Of a stretch of DNA of 64,000 nt, positions 19,559 to 28,942 are shown in pieces; position 1 is the first letter of the stretch; each line of letters starts with the position of its first letter. Position numbers and translations under genes: made by a program. The stretch spans positions 17,556-81,555 of the forward strand of contig CALKGG010000070.1 in assembly GCA_938084885.1 (NCBI GenBank). Direction: 5' to 3'. The notes beneath the pieces are model-generated. The model was not told the origin of the DNA and did not search any database. It saw only the letters and a program-made list of their open reading frames with translations. The stretch is from an uncultured Acidimicrobiales bacterium. GTDB lineage: Bacteria > Actinomycetota > Acidimicrobiia > Acidimicrobiales > SHLQ01.

Positions 19559-20809
19559 TTACGCCGACTCGTTCTCACCCCCGTCACCTCCAAGCGTCGC
19601 CAGGCGAGAGTTGAGAAACCTCTCCTCGGCGCTCGACGGGGCACAACCAAGCGCGAGTCGGTAACCCTCGCCAGCCCCTGCGGTGTCCCCTAGCCGTCGA
19701 CGCAATTCTGCCGTTGCGCTATGGAAGTAGAGGTAGCCGTTGAGAATCTCGCGAAGTGGTTCGATTTCACGAAGCCCAGCGTGGGGCCCGTCGGCGTAAC
19801 TCACGGCGATAGCGCGGTTCAGTTCGATGACTGGACTGGAATGCAGCTGCAACAACATGTCGTAGGTGCGCACGATCCGAGGCCAGTCCGTGTCCGTAAA
19901 GGTCGCCGCAGTGGCGTGCAGCGAAGCCAAAAGAGCCTGAAGCCCAAAAACTCCTAGCGGACCGAGCTGGATTGCGCGACCGAGCGCCGCGAGTCCGTGT
20001 TGTATCTGCGCTCGGTCCCACTCGCATCGGTTCTGATCTTCGAGCATCAACGCCAACCCGTCCGCATCGACTCGGGTCGACCGGCGGGCGTCGGTGAGCA
20101 AGATCAATCCGTGCAGACCGTGCACCTCGGAGTCCTCTGGGACGAGCCGGGCGAGCAATCCAGCCAACCATGCTGCTTCGTCGCAAAGGTCGCCGCGCAC
20201 CAATTGGGCGGCGCTGTGGCTCGAATGACCTTCGGTGAATATCAGGTAGATGACGTGCAGGACCGCTCCCAATCGGACTCGCAGCACGTTCGCATCGACC
20301 GGATAGAAGGGGATTCCGGCTTGACGAATCTTTGCTTTTGCCCGGGTGATGCGCTTCCGCATCGTGTTGTCTTCGACGAGAAAGCCTCGTGCGATCTGCT
20401 CGGTCGTTAGACCAGCCACCAACCGCAACGTCAGCGCTACCTGCGCCTCAAGGTTGAGCGCCGGGTGGCAGCATCCCAACAGAAGCGTCAACCGTTCGTC
20501 GACGAGATCGCCGGTCGTTGAACGCTCCGGTCCGCGTTTGGCCTTGACGTCAAGCTCGGCGAGTTTGTCTTGATACCGCGACGATCGCCGGATCACGTCA
20601 ATTGCGCGGCGCCTCGCTGTCGTGGTCAACCACGCTCCAGGCCGATCGGGAACACCGTCACCACCAATCCATGTTCGGTTGGCTTGTACGAACGCGTCCT
20701 GTGCACAGTCCTCGGCGAGCTCAAGATCACCGAAGTCCCGCACCAGAACAGCCACGAGTCGCGACCATTCGGTGCGAAAGACTTCGTCGAACGATATTGA
20801 TGCGTCCAT
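19559..20809 (-). CDS. ECF sigma factor with a long C-terminal (TPR-like) extension, ECF42-type
   Basis: Sigma-70 region 2 (DCAQDAFVQA, WLTTTARRRAIDVIRR) and region 4 (LTLRLVAGLTTEQIARGFLVEDNTMRKRITRAK), followed by about 220 extra residues. A YCII/DGPF gene lies directly upstream. Confidence 0.8.
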   Translation of the reverse strand: MDASISFDEVFRTEWSRLVAVLVRDFGDLELAEDCAQDAFVQANRTWIGGDGVPDRPGAWLTTTARRRAIDVIRRSSRYQDKLAELDVKAKRGPERSTTGDLVDERLTLLLGCCHPALNLEAQVALTLRLVAGLTTEQIARGFLVEDNTMRKRITRAKAKIRQAGIPFYPVDANVLRVRLGAVLHVIYLIFTEGHSSHSAAQLVRGDLCDEAAWLAGLLARLVPEDSEVHGLHGLILLTDARRSTRVDADGLALMLEDQNRCEWDRAQIQHGLAALGRAIQLGPLGVFGLQALLASLHATAATFTDTDWPRIVRTYDMLLQLHSSPVIELNRAIAVSYADGPHAGLREIEPLREILNGYLYFHSATAELRRRLGDTAGAGEGYRLALGCAPSSAEERFLNSRLATLGGDGGENESA

Positions 20810-20836
20810 TGAACCCTTCGGGTTACCGACCGCTTG

Positions 20837-21187
20837 CTACTCGGGGATCTCCATGACCGGACGGATCTCGACCGAGCCATAGGGAGCAGACGGAATTTTC
20901 TCCGCCCACGCCATTGCCTCATCGAGGTTCTCAACATCGATGATGTAGAAGCCTCCGAGCACCTCCTTGGTTTCGGCGAAGGGACCGTCGGTCGTGATGC
21001 GCTCGCCGTCGCGCACCCGCAACGTCGTCGACATCGCGACCGGCAAAAGCGCCTCGCCCCCAAGATTGTGGCCTGCTTGGGTGAGCTCTTCGGTGAACGA
21101 GAACCACCTGGGCATCTCGTCCATCATTTCCTTCTCGCCCTGCGGGCCAACATCCTCTGCCGAGTACAAAAGCAATGCGTATTTCAT
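20837..21187 (-). CDS. YCII-related (DGPF) domain protein
   Basis: MKYALLLY...TTDGPFAETKEVLGGFYIIDVENLDEAMAWAEKIP. 116 aa. Confidence 0.8.
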   Translation of the reverse strand: MKYALLLYSAEDVGPQGEKEMMDEMPRWFSFTEELTQAGHNLGGEALLPVAMSTTLRVRDGERITTDGPFAETKEVLGGFYIIDVENLDEAMAWAEKIPSAPYGSVEIRPVMEIPE

Positions 21188-21235
21188 GATGATTTCCTTC
21201 CTGAGCTCTGCTCAGATTATGGGTCTTGCCTCTAC

Positions 21236-21262
21236 GACGATCGGCGATCGGAAATACGGACA
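21236..21262 (-). promoter_or_regulatory. candidate ECF-type promoter TGTCCG-N17-CGTC upstream of the YCII-sigma operon
   Basis: Read on the minus strand as tgtccg tatttccgatcgccgat cgtc, about 50 nt upstream of the YCII ATG. This is a pattern match only. Confidence 0.3.
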
Positions 21263-21340
21263 GCGTCCGGAAAGAACATCGAAATTCGTGGACGTCACAC
21301 TGCCAGCACGAGATTGTGAGACAACCAAAACCCGATCGTC

Positions 21341-22699
21341 CTAGGCAATTGTTGGCACGTCGGCGATCGCCGCCGCCAGGACCTCGTCGGAGAGGTCGTA
21401 GTCGACCATGTCGCCCGACAAGAACGATTCATAGCTCGCAAGATCGAGATGGCCATGACCGCACAGTGCCGTGAGGATGACGGTCTCCTCGCCGGTTTCC
21501 TTTGCCTTGTTCGCTTCGCGAATGGCCGCAGCGATTGCGTGCGTTGGCTCGGGAGCCGGAACAATGCCCTCGGTCCGAGCAAACTGCAATGCGCCGGTAA
21601 AGCACTCGGTCTGGCCAATGGAGATCGCCTCGACAAGACCAAGGTCATAAATATGGCTCACAAGCGGCGACATGCCGTGGTACCGGAGGCCGCCAGCGTG
21701 AATTGGGTCCGGCACAAAGTTGTGTCCCAACGTGTGCATCTTCATCAGTGGCGTCATCCCAGCAGCATCGCCAAAGTCGTAACGGAACTCACCCTTGGTC
21801 AATGTGGGGCAGGCAGCCGGTTCGACGCAGCGAATCGTCGGGTTCATGTTGCCCAACATTTTTTCGCGAAGGAACGGGAACGAAAGCCCACCAAAGTTCG
21901 ACCCGCCGCCGGTGCAGCCCACGAGAACATCGGGGGTCTCGCCAGCCATCTGCATCTGCAGGAGCGCTTCTTCGCCAATGATCGTCTGATGCATGAGCAC
22001 GTGGTTGAGCACGCTGCCGAGGGCATAACGCACATCATCGTGGGGCGCTGCCTCGCCAACGGCTTCGGAAATCGCAATGCCGAGGCTGCCGGTGTGATCG
22101 GGGTTCTCGGCCAGCAGCGAACGCCCGTACTCGGTCACCTCCGACGGACTCGGATGCACGGTTGCTCCCCACACTTCCATCATGGTCTTGCGATAGGGCT
22201 TCTGCTTGTAGCTTGCCGCTACCTGCCACACCTCGCACTCGAGGCCGAACTGGGCGCATGCGAATGCCAGCGACGAGCCCCATTGTCCGGCCCCGGTCTC
22301 GGTCGTGAGCTTTCGCACTCCGGCTTTTGCGTTGTAATAGGCCTGCGGCACCGACGTGTTTGGCTTGTGCGAGCCCGCAGGGCTGACACCTTCGTACTTG
22401 TAGAAGATCTTCGCGGGCGTGTCGAGCAACTTTTCGAGGCGGCGAGCCCGAAACAGCGGCGATGGGCGCCAAATTTTGTAGATCTCCTGCACTTCTTCGG
22501 GGATATCGACGTAGCTGTCCTGGGTGACCTCTTGCATGATCAGATCCATTGGGAACAGCGGCGCAAAGTCGTCCGGTCCGGCTGGCTCGTGCGTCCCAGG
22601 ATGCAGCGCCGGGGCCGGTGGCTCCGGAAGGTCAGGGATGATGTTGTACCACTGCGTTGGCATTTGGTCTTCGGGCAGAAGGTACTTGTGCTGGCTCAT
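21341..22699 (-). CDS. TrpB-like PLP enzyme (tryptophan synthase beta, TrpB2 type)
   Basis: MSQHKYLLPEDQMPTQWYNIIPDLPEPPAP, YKYEGVSPAGSHKPNT, GGGSNFGG. 452 aa. Confidence 0.85.
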   Translation of the reverse strand: MSQHKYLLPEDQMPTQWYNIIPDLPEPPAPALHPGTHEPAGPDDFAPLFPMDLIMQEVTQDSYVDIPEEVQEIYKIWRPSPLFRARRLEKLLDTPAKIFYKYEGVSPAGSHKPNTSVPQAYYNAKAGVRKLTTETGAGQWGSSLAFACAQFGLECEVWQVAASYKQKPYRKTMMEVWGATVHPSPSEVTEYGRSLLAENPDHTGSLGIAISEAVGEAAPHDDVRYALGSVLNHVLMHQTIIGEEALLQMQMAGETPDVLVGCTGGGSNFGGLSFPFLREKMLGNMNPTIRCVEPAACPTLTKGEFRYDFGDAAGMTPLMKMHTLGHNFVPDPIHAGGLRYHGMSPLVSHIYDLGLVEAISIGQTECFTGALQFARTEGIVPAPEPTHAIAAAIREANKAKETGEETVILTALCGHGHLDLASYESFLSGDMVDYDLSDEVLAAAIADVPTIA

Positions 22700-22778
22700 C
22701 TGGTCTCCTCAATCGGACGGATCCCAGATTCTCGCGGACGCGAAGTGTGACGTGCAACACAGCACGCCTGCGGGCGAG

Positions 22779-25487
22779 CTAGACGTTCACGTCTGCCACC
22801 GAGGCGGCGTCGTCTTCGAGAGACGCAGCTTCAGCTGCGGCCGCACGTGTCTTGCGGCCGCGACGCCACGGTGTCTGCACCTTGTCACGCAACCACTCAA
22901 TACCGAGGTAGTAGTACGGGAACGACACCAACACGAGAAACGTGCTCGAAATCAACCCGAAGATGATGGTAAACGCCAAGGGCTCCCAGAACGGATCGGA
23001 CAGCGCAAGCGGAAGGAGACCGCCGACGGTCGTAAGCGACGTCGCAACGAGCGGACGGAACCGTCGTCGCACCGCCGTCGCAATCGCATCTTTTCGATCC
23101 GCACCAAGGTCTCGTTCTTGATTCGCGAAGTCGACGAGAAGAATCGTGTTGTTCACCGCAATACCGATCAAACCAAGCACGCCAAGCATGACAAAGAAGC
23201 TCAACGGGTTCCCGGTGATCAACAAGCCACCGAAGAGACCAAAGAAGCTGAATGGGATCGCAAGAAACACCAAGACCCATTGGACAAGGCTCCGGAACTG
23301 CACGATGAGCAATACCACCAACGACAACATTGCAAGACCGAACGCAATCGGTAGCGCAGCAAATGACTCTTGGCTGTCGGTTTCAATACCGAAGTCGAAC
23401 TCGAGCGCATCAGCATCAAGGCCAATGGCGGCAAGGTCTGCTGCTGCATAGTTCTGCTCGAAGAACTCTTGGGCAGCTGCCGTCGTGCTGGTTACTTCGC
23501 TGTTGTCGAACCGGGCTCGGACCTCGATGTAACGGCGCCCATCATCGCGTGCCACGACATCTTCGAGGGCCAGATCGGTTTCCAACACGTTGAACGTATC
23601 GCCGCTTCCAAGTTCGAGCGCACGCCCATCGATATCTGCTCGCAGCGCTTCTCCGGCTGTGGTGAGCAAGTCGATATCTTCGTCGAACACCTGCATCGTA
23701 AAGGGGAACTGCGCTTCGGGCGGACCGCTGCTGATGGCAGCAAACACCACCCGGGCTTCAGTCTCTGCGTCGGCGACCTCAGAGAGTTGCTGGACGAGCT
23801 CGGGCACCGTTGGACGTCCACCGATCGGGGTGACATCGTACTGGGCCAGCGCACTTTGCTGATCTCCAATGAACACGTAACCCTGCACCAGTTCATCGCC
23901 GAGGACTTCGGCTGCTGCCTGGTTGACTTCGAGGGCAATGCGCTTCGCGTCGTCGATACTCGTGTTCGCCTCATAGTTGATCGACAGCGAAATTGCCGTT
24001 GAATCGTTCGCCGGCGGGAAAATGTTGAAGCCAACATTGGGGGCAAAGACCCCGAACCCGATTCCGGTCATAACAACGGACAGGCCAACGCCCACTACTG
24101 CAATGAGCACTCCGGTTCGGCCACGAACCGCAGGCAGCGACGCCACCCGCTCGGCTAACCATTCCTCGGCTCGAACGAGCGGACCAGCAGCCTTTGGTGC
24201 AGGCAACGTCAGATAACGGGCGGCGACAGGGATAAAGATCAGCGACAGCGTCAACGACAAGATGAGCGACAAGATGATGGTGATTGGCAGAATGCGAATG
24301 AAGCCACCGAGGATGCCGCCGATCAGCAACATTGGAGCAAACACCAAAACAGTCGTGAGTGTCCCCGACAAACTGGCCGAGCCAACGCGTTGAATCGCAC
24401 GACGGATTGCGGCCAAGTGCCCTTCGGCGGTGTCGCCATCGCCCTCTTCGCGGAACGCATCAATCGATTCGGTGATCACGATTGCGTCATCGACGAAGAG
24501 ACCGAGTGCCAGAATCAGGGCGAACAGCGAAATCGTATTGAGCGTTGCGCCGACGATGAACAAGGCTCCCACCGACGCAGCGAGCACGGTTGCAATGAAC
24601 AACGCCGTGATTATCGACGCCCGCCACGAGATCAACAGCAACGCGACGAGCGCAACGACGAGCACACCGAGCAACACGTTGCTTTGCAACGATGAAATTT
24701 GCATCTCGACGATTCGGGCGCCGTCGATGGCGATGATTGCGTTGAAGTCGTCGGGCAACAGCGCCCGAGTATCATCGAGCGCTTCGGCGGTTGCGTCACG
24801 AACAGCAATCGAATCAACGCCAGGGGCCGCCACGACCCCGATGGCCACCGACGACCGGAACTCGTTGCTGTCGTCGGTCAGCTGGTTGAAGCTAGTCTCG
24901 AGGACGACGGTCTCACCGGTTGCTGGGTTGATGCCCTCATCGAAGAGCTCTTCAACCTCAGCCGAGGCAATGTCGGGGTGCGAGATGCCAGCGGCCAACG
25001 CAACGGCGGCGGCTTCCAACTCGGCACCTGTTGCGTCGACCGGCCCAAAGACGCCAATGAGCAGGTCGTATTCGTTGAGGAACTTCGATGCGTCGACCGA
25101 TTGGACGAACGTCTGTGCATCGGGAGGGAGGTCGGTTTCGGAAATGATGTCATCGAGAAGCGCTGCTCCTTGCGCACTCGAGATCGATTCTTCCAGCGCG
25201 ACGATGATCGAGAACGACGAGTCACGGCTAAAGCCGGTGACTCCCTCGACCCCGTCCCGACCAAGAATGGCTTCGGTCAATGGCAGTGTCACTTGTTCAT
25301 CGACGAGGTCTTGGTCGTCGACGAAAAACCCTCCTGCGGCAACAGCGATTGGCACATCGACCGGGGGAAACCCTTCGCGAGGCAAAAAGACCAGGTACGA
25401 CGCGACCCCAAAGACCACGATCGTGAGCCATAGACCAATCGACTGCAACGGGCGTGAGGCAAAAACGTTGACAAACTTCGCGAGCAT
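22779..25487 (-). CDS. RND-superfamily efflux permease
   Basis: 902 aa. Has two TM bundles with large loops, plus LALGLFVDDAIVITESI and GIAVNNTILLVDFAN motifs. No adjacent periplasmic adaptor gene. Confidence 0.75.
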   Translation of the reverse strand: MLAKFVNVFASRPLQSIGLWLTIVVFGVASYLVFLPREGFPPVDVPIAVAAGGFFVDDQDLVDEQVTLPLTEAILGRDGVEGVTGFSRDSSFSIIVALEESISSAQGAALLDDIISETDLPPDAQTFVQSVDASKFLNEYDLLIGVFGPVDATGAELEAAAVALAAGISHPDIASAEVEELFDEGINPATGETVVLETSFNQLTDDSNEFRSSVAIGVVAAPGVDSIAVRDATAEALDDTRALLPDDFNAIIAIDGARIVEMQISSLQSNVLLGVLVVALVALLLISWRASIITALFIATVLAASVGALFIVGATLNTISLFALILALGLFVDDAIVITESIDAFREEGDGDTAEGHLAAIRRAIQRVGSASLSGTLTTVLVFAPMLLIGGILGGFIRILPITIILSLILSLTLSLIFIPVAARYLTLPAPKAAGPLVRAEEWLAERVASLPAVRGRTGVLIAVVGVGLSVVMTGIGFGVFAPNVGFNIFPPANDSTAISLSINYEANTSIDDAKRIALEVNQAAAEVLGDELVQGYVFIGDQQSALAQYDVTPIGGRPTVPELVQQLSEVADAETEARVVFAAISSGPPEAQFPFTMQVFDEDIDLLTTAGEALRADIDGRALELGSGDTFNVLETDLALEDVVARDDGRRYIEVRARFDNSEVTSTTAAAQEFFEQNYAAADLAAIGLDADALEFDFGIETDSQESFAALPIAFGLAMLSLVVLLIVQFRSLVQWVLVFLAIPFSFFGLFGGLLITGNPLSFFVMLGVLGLIGIAVNNTILLVDFANQERDLGADRKDAIATAVRRRFRPLVATSLTTVGGLLPLALSDPFWEPLAFTIIFGLISSTFLVLVSFPYYYLGIEWLRDKVQTPWRRGRKTRAAAAEAASLEDDAASVADVNV

Positions 25488-25616
25488 GGCGAAACCCTCC
25501 GATTATCTCCTACGACTGTACGACCTTTGACGAACCAAGAACAGCTTGACTGCTTGTGACAAATGGCCAGGAATAGACGGGGTCAAAAAGCGTTGCACCG
25601 CACCTGCGAGACCTGC

Positions 25617-26609
25617 CTACGGGGCCAGCATGTCGATCGCCGCCGCATCGCTCGTGCCTGATCCGGGAACGATGGCGATTGCCGCCGTGTCGATACCGGC
25701 ATCGAGGTACTCGGTGATCTTTGCTTTGCACTGTGCCGCGCTGCCATGGATCACCAGATCGTCGATCACGTCGTCGCCAATTGCCGCCATTGCGGCCTTG
25801 CGATCCCCGCTCGCCCAGAGATCCCAGTGCTCGGTGAGCGCTTCGGCTCTTCCCATCCATTCGTGAAAAGCGCGATAGACGGGCACATTGACGTAGGCGC
25901 CCATCAAGAAACGGGCAATGGTGCGAGCGGCCTCAGCATCTTCGGTCGGGATGACGAAAAGCCGGGCGGCGATCTCCGCATCGGGGTTCTCGCCACGGAC
26001 GATGGGCACGATGGTCTCGAGGTCCTTCGGCGCAAGCCAGTTCAAGATGGCGCCGTCGGCTTCGCGGCCCGCCATCTTCAACATCCCTTGACGTAGCGCC
26101 GCGATGAGGATCTTGGGCTGTTGCTCGACATTGGCCATCAGGCGAAAGCCCTTGACATCGAACGTGTCGTAGCTCTCGGTGACTTTCTCTCCGGTGAGCG
26201 CGACGCGCAGAAACCGGACAAGATCTCTCGTGCGCTTGTACGGCTCGGAGAATTCGACCGCATTCCAGTTCTCGACGATGACGTTCGATGACGTGCCAAT
26301 CCCAGCAACGAAACGTCCGGGCGCTGCTTCACACATTCCCGCAATGGTCTGGGCCATGAGCGCGGGGCCTCGGGTAAACGCCGGGAGAATTGCGGTGCCG
26401 AGTCGCATCGTCGGCGCCCATTGGGAACAAAGCAGCAGCGGCGAAAGCCCGTCGACGCCCATGGCTTCAGCCGACCACACGTCGGTGTATCCGGCCGCCT
26501 CGAGTTGTTCGATCTGTGCACGCTGGGCGTGCAGCGGTCCATCGTTGAGGGGAACGGTCATGCCCCATCGTCGGGGGTGAGCCGTAGGGGTGTTGGATAC
26601 GGCGGACAT
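25617..26609 (-). CDS. LLM-class (luciferase-like) F420-dependent oxidoreductase
   Basis: Has GYTDVWSAEA, LGTAILPAFTRGPALMAQ and GIGTSSNVIVENWN. Its ATG shares one base with the upstream TGA. Confidence 0.75.
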   Translation of the reverse strand: MSAVSNTPTAHPRRWGMTVPLNDGPLHAQRAQIEQLEAAGYTDVWSAEAMGVDGLSPLLLCSQWAPTMRLGTAILPAFTRGPALMAQTIAGMCEAAPGRFVAGIGTSSNVIVENWNAVEFSEPYKRTRDLVRFLRVALTGEKVTESYDTFDVKGFRLMANVEQQPKILIAALRQGMLKMAGREADGAILNWLAPKDLETIVPIVRGENPDAEIAARLFVIPTEDAEAARTIARFLMGAYVNVPVYRAFHEWMGRAEALTEHWDLWASGDRKAAMAAIGDDVIDDLVIHGSAAQCKAKITEYLDAGIDTAAIAIVPGSGTSDAAAIDMLAP

Positions 26610-27058
26610 CAGCTGAGCGCCTGACCGACGGATGCGGACACAGTACGCCCGTCGGCTCGACCCGCTGCCTTTGCCATGACCTCTTTGATCGCTGCGCCCA
26701 TGTCCTTCTTCGTGGAATATCCGCCGCTTGCAATGACGCTCGCGACGAGCTCATCGAGCTCATCGGGGGAAAGCGGTTCGGGCAAGTACCCCTGGAGCAC
26801 GGTGCGCTCGTCCACTTCGTTCTGGTATCTCGCGGTCTCTCCAGCGCCGACGAAAATTTCGGCGGCTTCGGTCCGTTGCTTTACCTCGCTGGCAATGATT
26901 GCCAGAACCTGCTCCTCGGACAAGGCGTCCCCCGCTCCGTCGGCAGTCTCGGCGGTCTTGATCGATGTCAGCACCGCCCGCAAGGTGGTCTTCTTTACGT
27001 CGTCGCCAGCCTTAATTGCCGCAACGAGGTCTGTTTGAATCGTGTCCGCTAGTCCCAT
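26609..27058 (-). CDS. GatB/YqeY-domain protein
   Basis: MGLADTIQTDLVAAIKAGDDVKKTTLRAVLTSIKTAE...KDMGAAIKEVMAKAAGRADGRTVSASV. Confidence 0.8.
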   Translation of the reverse strand: MGLADTIQTDLVAAIKAGDDVKKTTLRAVLTSIKTAETADGAGDALSEEQVLAIIASEVKQRTEAAEIFVGAGETARYQNEVDERTVLQGYLPEPLSPDELDELVASVIASGGYSTKKDMGAAIKEVMAKAAGRADGRTVSASVGQALS

Positions 27059-27149
27059 GCAACTCATCGTTGCACAGGTTCGCCCACGATGGTGGTGTCG
27101 CTGCGGTGTTCGTCGAAGGCGACCTTCGCTGAGATGCGGGAGGGCCGGG

Positions 27150-27455
27150 TTAGGCCGCGGCGGTTGCGACGATTTCCTCGAGGGGTTCGAGTGTCGTGTC
27201 CGTCACGTCGATGACGTCTCCGGGCACGTGTAGGGCAACGCAATCTGCAGTTCCCGACAGCGGTGCGACATCATCACCAACAAAGAATCGGAGCAGCTTT
27301 ACGAGCGGCCGATCCCAATACTCATAGAGCGCCGCATCGGTGTAGTGCCAGTCGGCAACTTCTTCAATACGTAACGTGAGCTTGTTGGTAAGCCCGTCGA
27401 TGAGTTCTGCCTCGGTTGGATGTGGGTCGAGTGGAGGATTCCATTTCGCCGTCAT
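27150..27455 (-). CDS. hypothetical protein (101 aa)
   Basis: The internal ATG at 27453-27455 of tracked ORF 27150..27890 gives MTAKWNPPLDPHPTEAELIDGL... The codon pattern is coding-like only downstream of this ATG. No family recognised. Confidence 0.45.
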   Translation of the reverse strand: MTAKWNPPLDPHPTEAELIDGLTNKLTLRIEEVADWHYTDAALYEYWDRPLVKLLRFFVGDDVAPLSGTADCVALHVPGDVIDVTDTTLEPLEEIVATAAA

Positions 27456-27683
27456 GTTGCACCGCTCTTTCTTTCGTTGTTTGTGTGATTCTCTACTTTC
27501 CTGTCCAGCCAATACACAGCCGATGGACTTCCGAGTGCCCCCGGATTTCAATCTCACGTGCCAATCGGCCGCCCGCACCCCCAATTGAGTGTTTCTGCAA
27601 AAGTTTCTGACGATATTGCAATCTGCGTAACATCGGAACGAACCGAAACATCCAATGTCACACCCCCTGTTCATACTTGTGAC

Positions 27684-27908
27684 ATGACAACAACACGTAC
27701 CTCCAAAGACAACAGTCGCCTCGGTATCGACGCTCGACCACGCCAACCGCAACTGCTCCTCATCAGCGATAGCCCGACAGCGGGCACAGCCAGCTCGGCG
27801 AGCTGGACGCTCGATGAAGAAACCCGAGAGACCGGTCGTCGTGGCCTCGCGAAGGCCCGGGCTGCGCTTCGGGCCACACGCCCGCCTCACCTCGATATCG
27901 CTGCGTAA
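27684..27908 (+). CDS. hypothetical small protein (74 aa)
   Basis: An in-frame ATG inside tracked ORF 27558..27908 gives MTTTRTSKDNSRLGIDARP...WTLDEETRETGRRGLAKARAALRATRPP. GC rises to the coding level only from about 27690. No family recognised. Confidence 0.35.
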   Translation: MTTTRTSKDNSRLGIDARPRQPQLLLISDSPTAGTASSASWTLDEETRETGRRGLAKARAALRATRPPHLDIAA

Positions 27909-27995
27909 GCTACCCTCAGGTCATCTTGGCCGCGTCGCTATGTAACCGTCGGGCCCTCAACCCAACCAGCCCGTAGGGCACTGAGTTGTTGAGGA

Positions 27996-28565
27996 ATGCA
28001 CGCTCGCGCCGCACACATTGCACACGCCACGTCGAGGTTTTGGGTTGTTGTCGCCCACGTCCTCGTCTGGTCCGTCATGTTCTCTGCGTGCAGCGTGGCA
28101 TCGACCATCGAACCAGATCGAATCACCACTCTCGTCGAGGTGATCGACGGAGACACCGTCATCATTCGCTTTCCCAATGGCGAGCAGGAAACGGTTCGTC
28201 TTCTCGGCATCGACACACCCGAAACGGTCGACCCGACTCGCCCAGTCCAGTGCTTTGGCCGTGAAGCCTCAGAGCACCTCGCCAAGCTTCTCCCCGTGGG
28301 CACGCCACTGCGCCTCGAACGCGATGTCGATGCCCGAGACCGCTTCGGCCGGCTCCTCGCCTACCTCTACCGAACCAGCGATGACCTCTTCGTCAATGTC
28401 GAAATGTTGCGCCTTGGCCTCGCCGACGTCTCACTCTTCGAACCCAACACTGCACATCGGACAGCGCTGATACACGCTGTCACGTCTGCTCGGACAGGTT
28501 CGATCGGCCTGTGGGAAGCGTGCGGAGGACCAGATGTCCCCCTCGATCCCGATGAGTACAACTAA
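27996..28565 (+). CDS. thermonuclease (staphylococcal nuclease/SNase family), probable lipoprotein
   Basis: VIDGDTVIIRFPNGEQETVRLLGIDTPET, DRFGRLLAYLY, NVEMLRLGLA. N-terminal hydrophobic segment with MFSAC. Confidence 0.85.
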   Translation: MHARAAHIAHATSRFWVVVAHVLVWSVMFSACSVASTIEPDRITTLVEVIDGDTVIIRFPNGEQETVRLLGIDTPETVDPTRPVQCFGREASEHLAKLLPVGTPLRLERDVDARDRFGRLLAYLYRTSDDLFVNVEMLRLGLADVSLFEPNTAHRTALIHAVTSARTGSIGLWEACGGPDVPLDPDEYN

Positions 28566-28942
28566 ACCGCAGACGCCCAGGCATGCTGCCACGGCGGGCC
28601 AGCAAAGGCCGGTGCAAGCTCATCGAGCCACATGGCGTATGCGCCTTCGATTTTGACATCGCCAGCCATGAACGCTTGGTCTCTCGTTCGAGCCCCCGAC
28701 CACAGATCGATCAGCACAGACTCCGTGGCCGTAATTGTCACATCGGGCGTGACACCGCGGGGAAACTTTCCAGTAGCAACAGCAACAGACCCCTCGTCCA
28801 TTTCGATGCGAAAAGCAACCTTGCCCTCGTCGGTATTGGTCACCACGTAGAGAATGCGCACGGGTTCAACCAACGCAATGCCCGCACCCTTGCCCGCGGC
28901 GAGCCCAAGCGCCTCGCACCAGTCCTCGTCGTAGCGGGCCAT
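28562..28942 (-). CDS. SCP2 sterol-binding-domain protein
   Basis: 126 aa. Has DVTITATESVLIDLWSGARTRDQAFMAGDVKIEG. Shares one base with the mca stop. Confidence 0.7.
   Translation of the reverse strand: MARYDEDWCEALGLAAGKGAGIALVEPVRILYVVTNTDEGKVAFRIEMDEGSVAVATGKFPRGVTPDVTITATESVLIDLWSGARTRDQAFMAGDVKIEGAYAMWLDELAPAFAGPPWQHAWASAV

Noticed and set aside
22779-25487. RND permease considered as part of a tripartite efflux or novel transport system
   Set aside because: No adaptor, outer factor or regulator is adjacent, and the flanking genes (TrpB2, LLM oxidoreductase) are unrelated. It looks like a stand-alone actinobacterial RND/MMPL-like permease.
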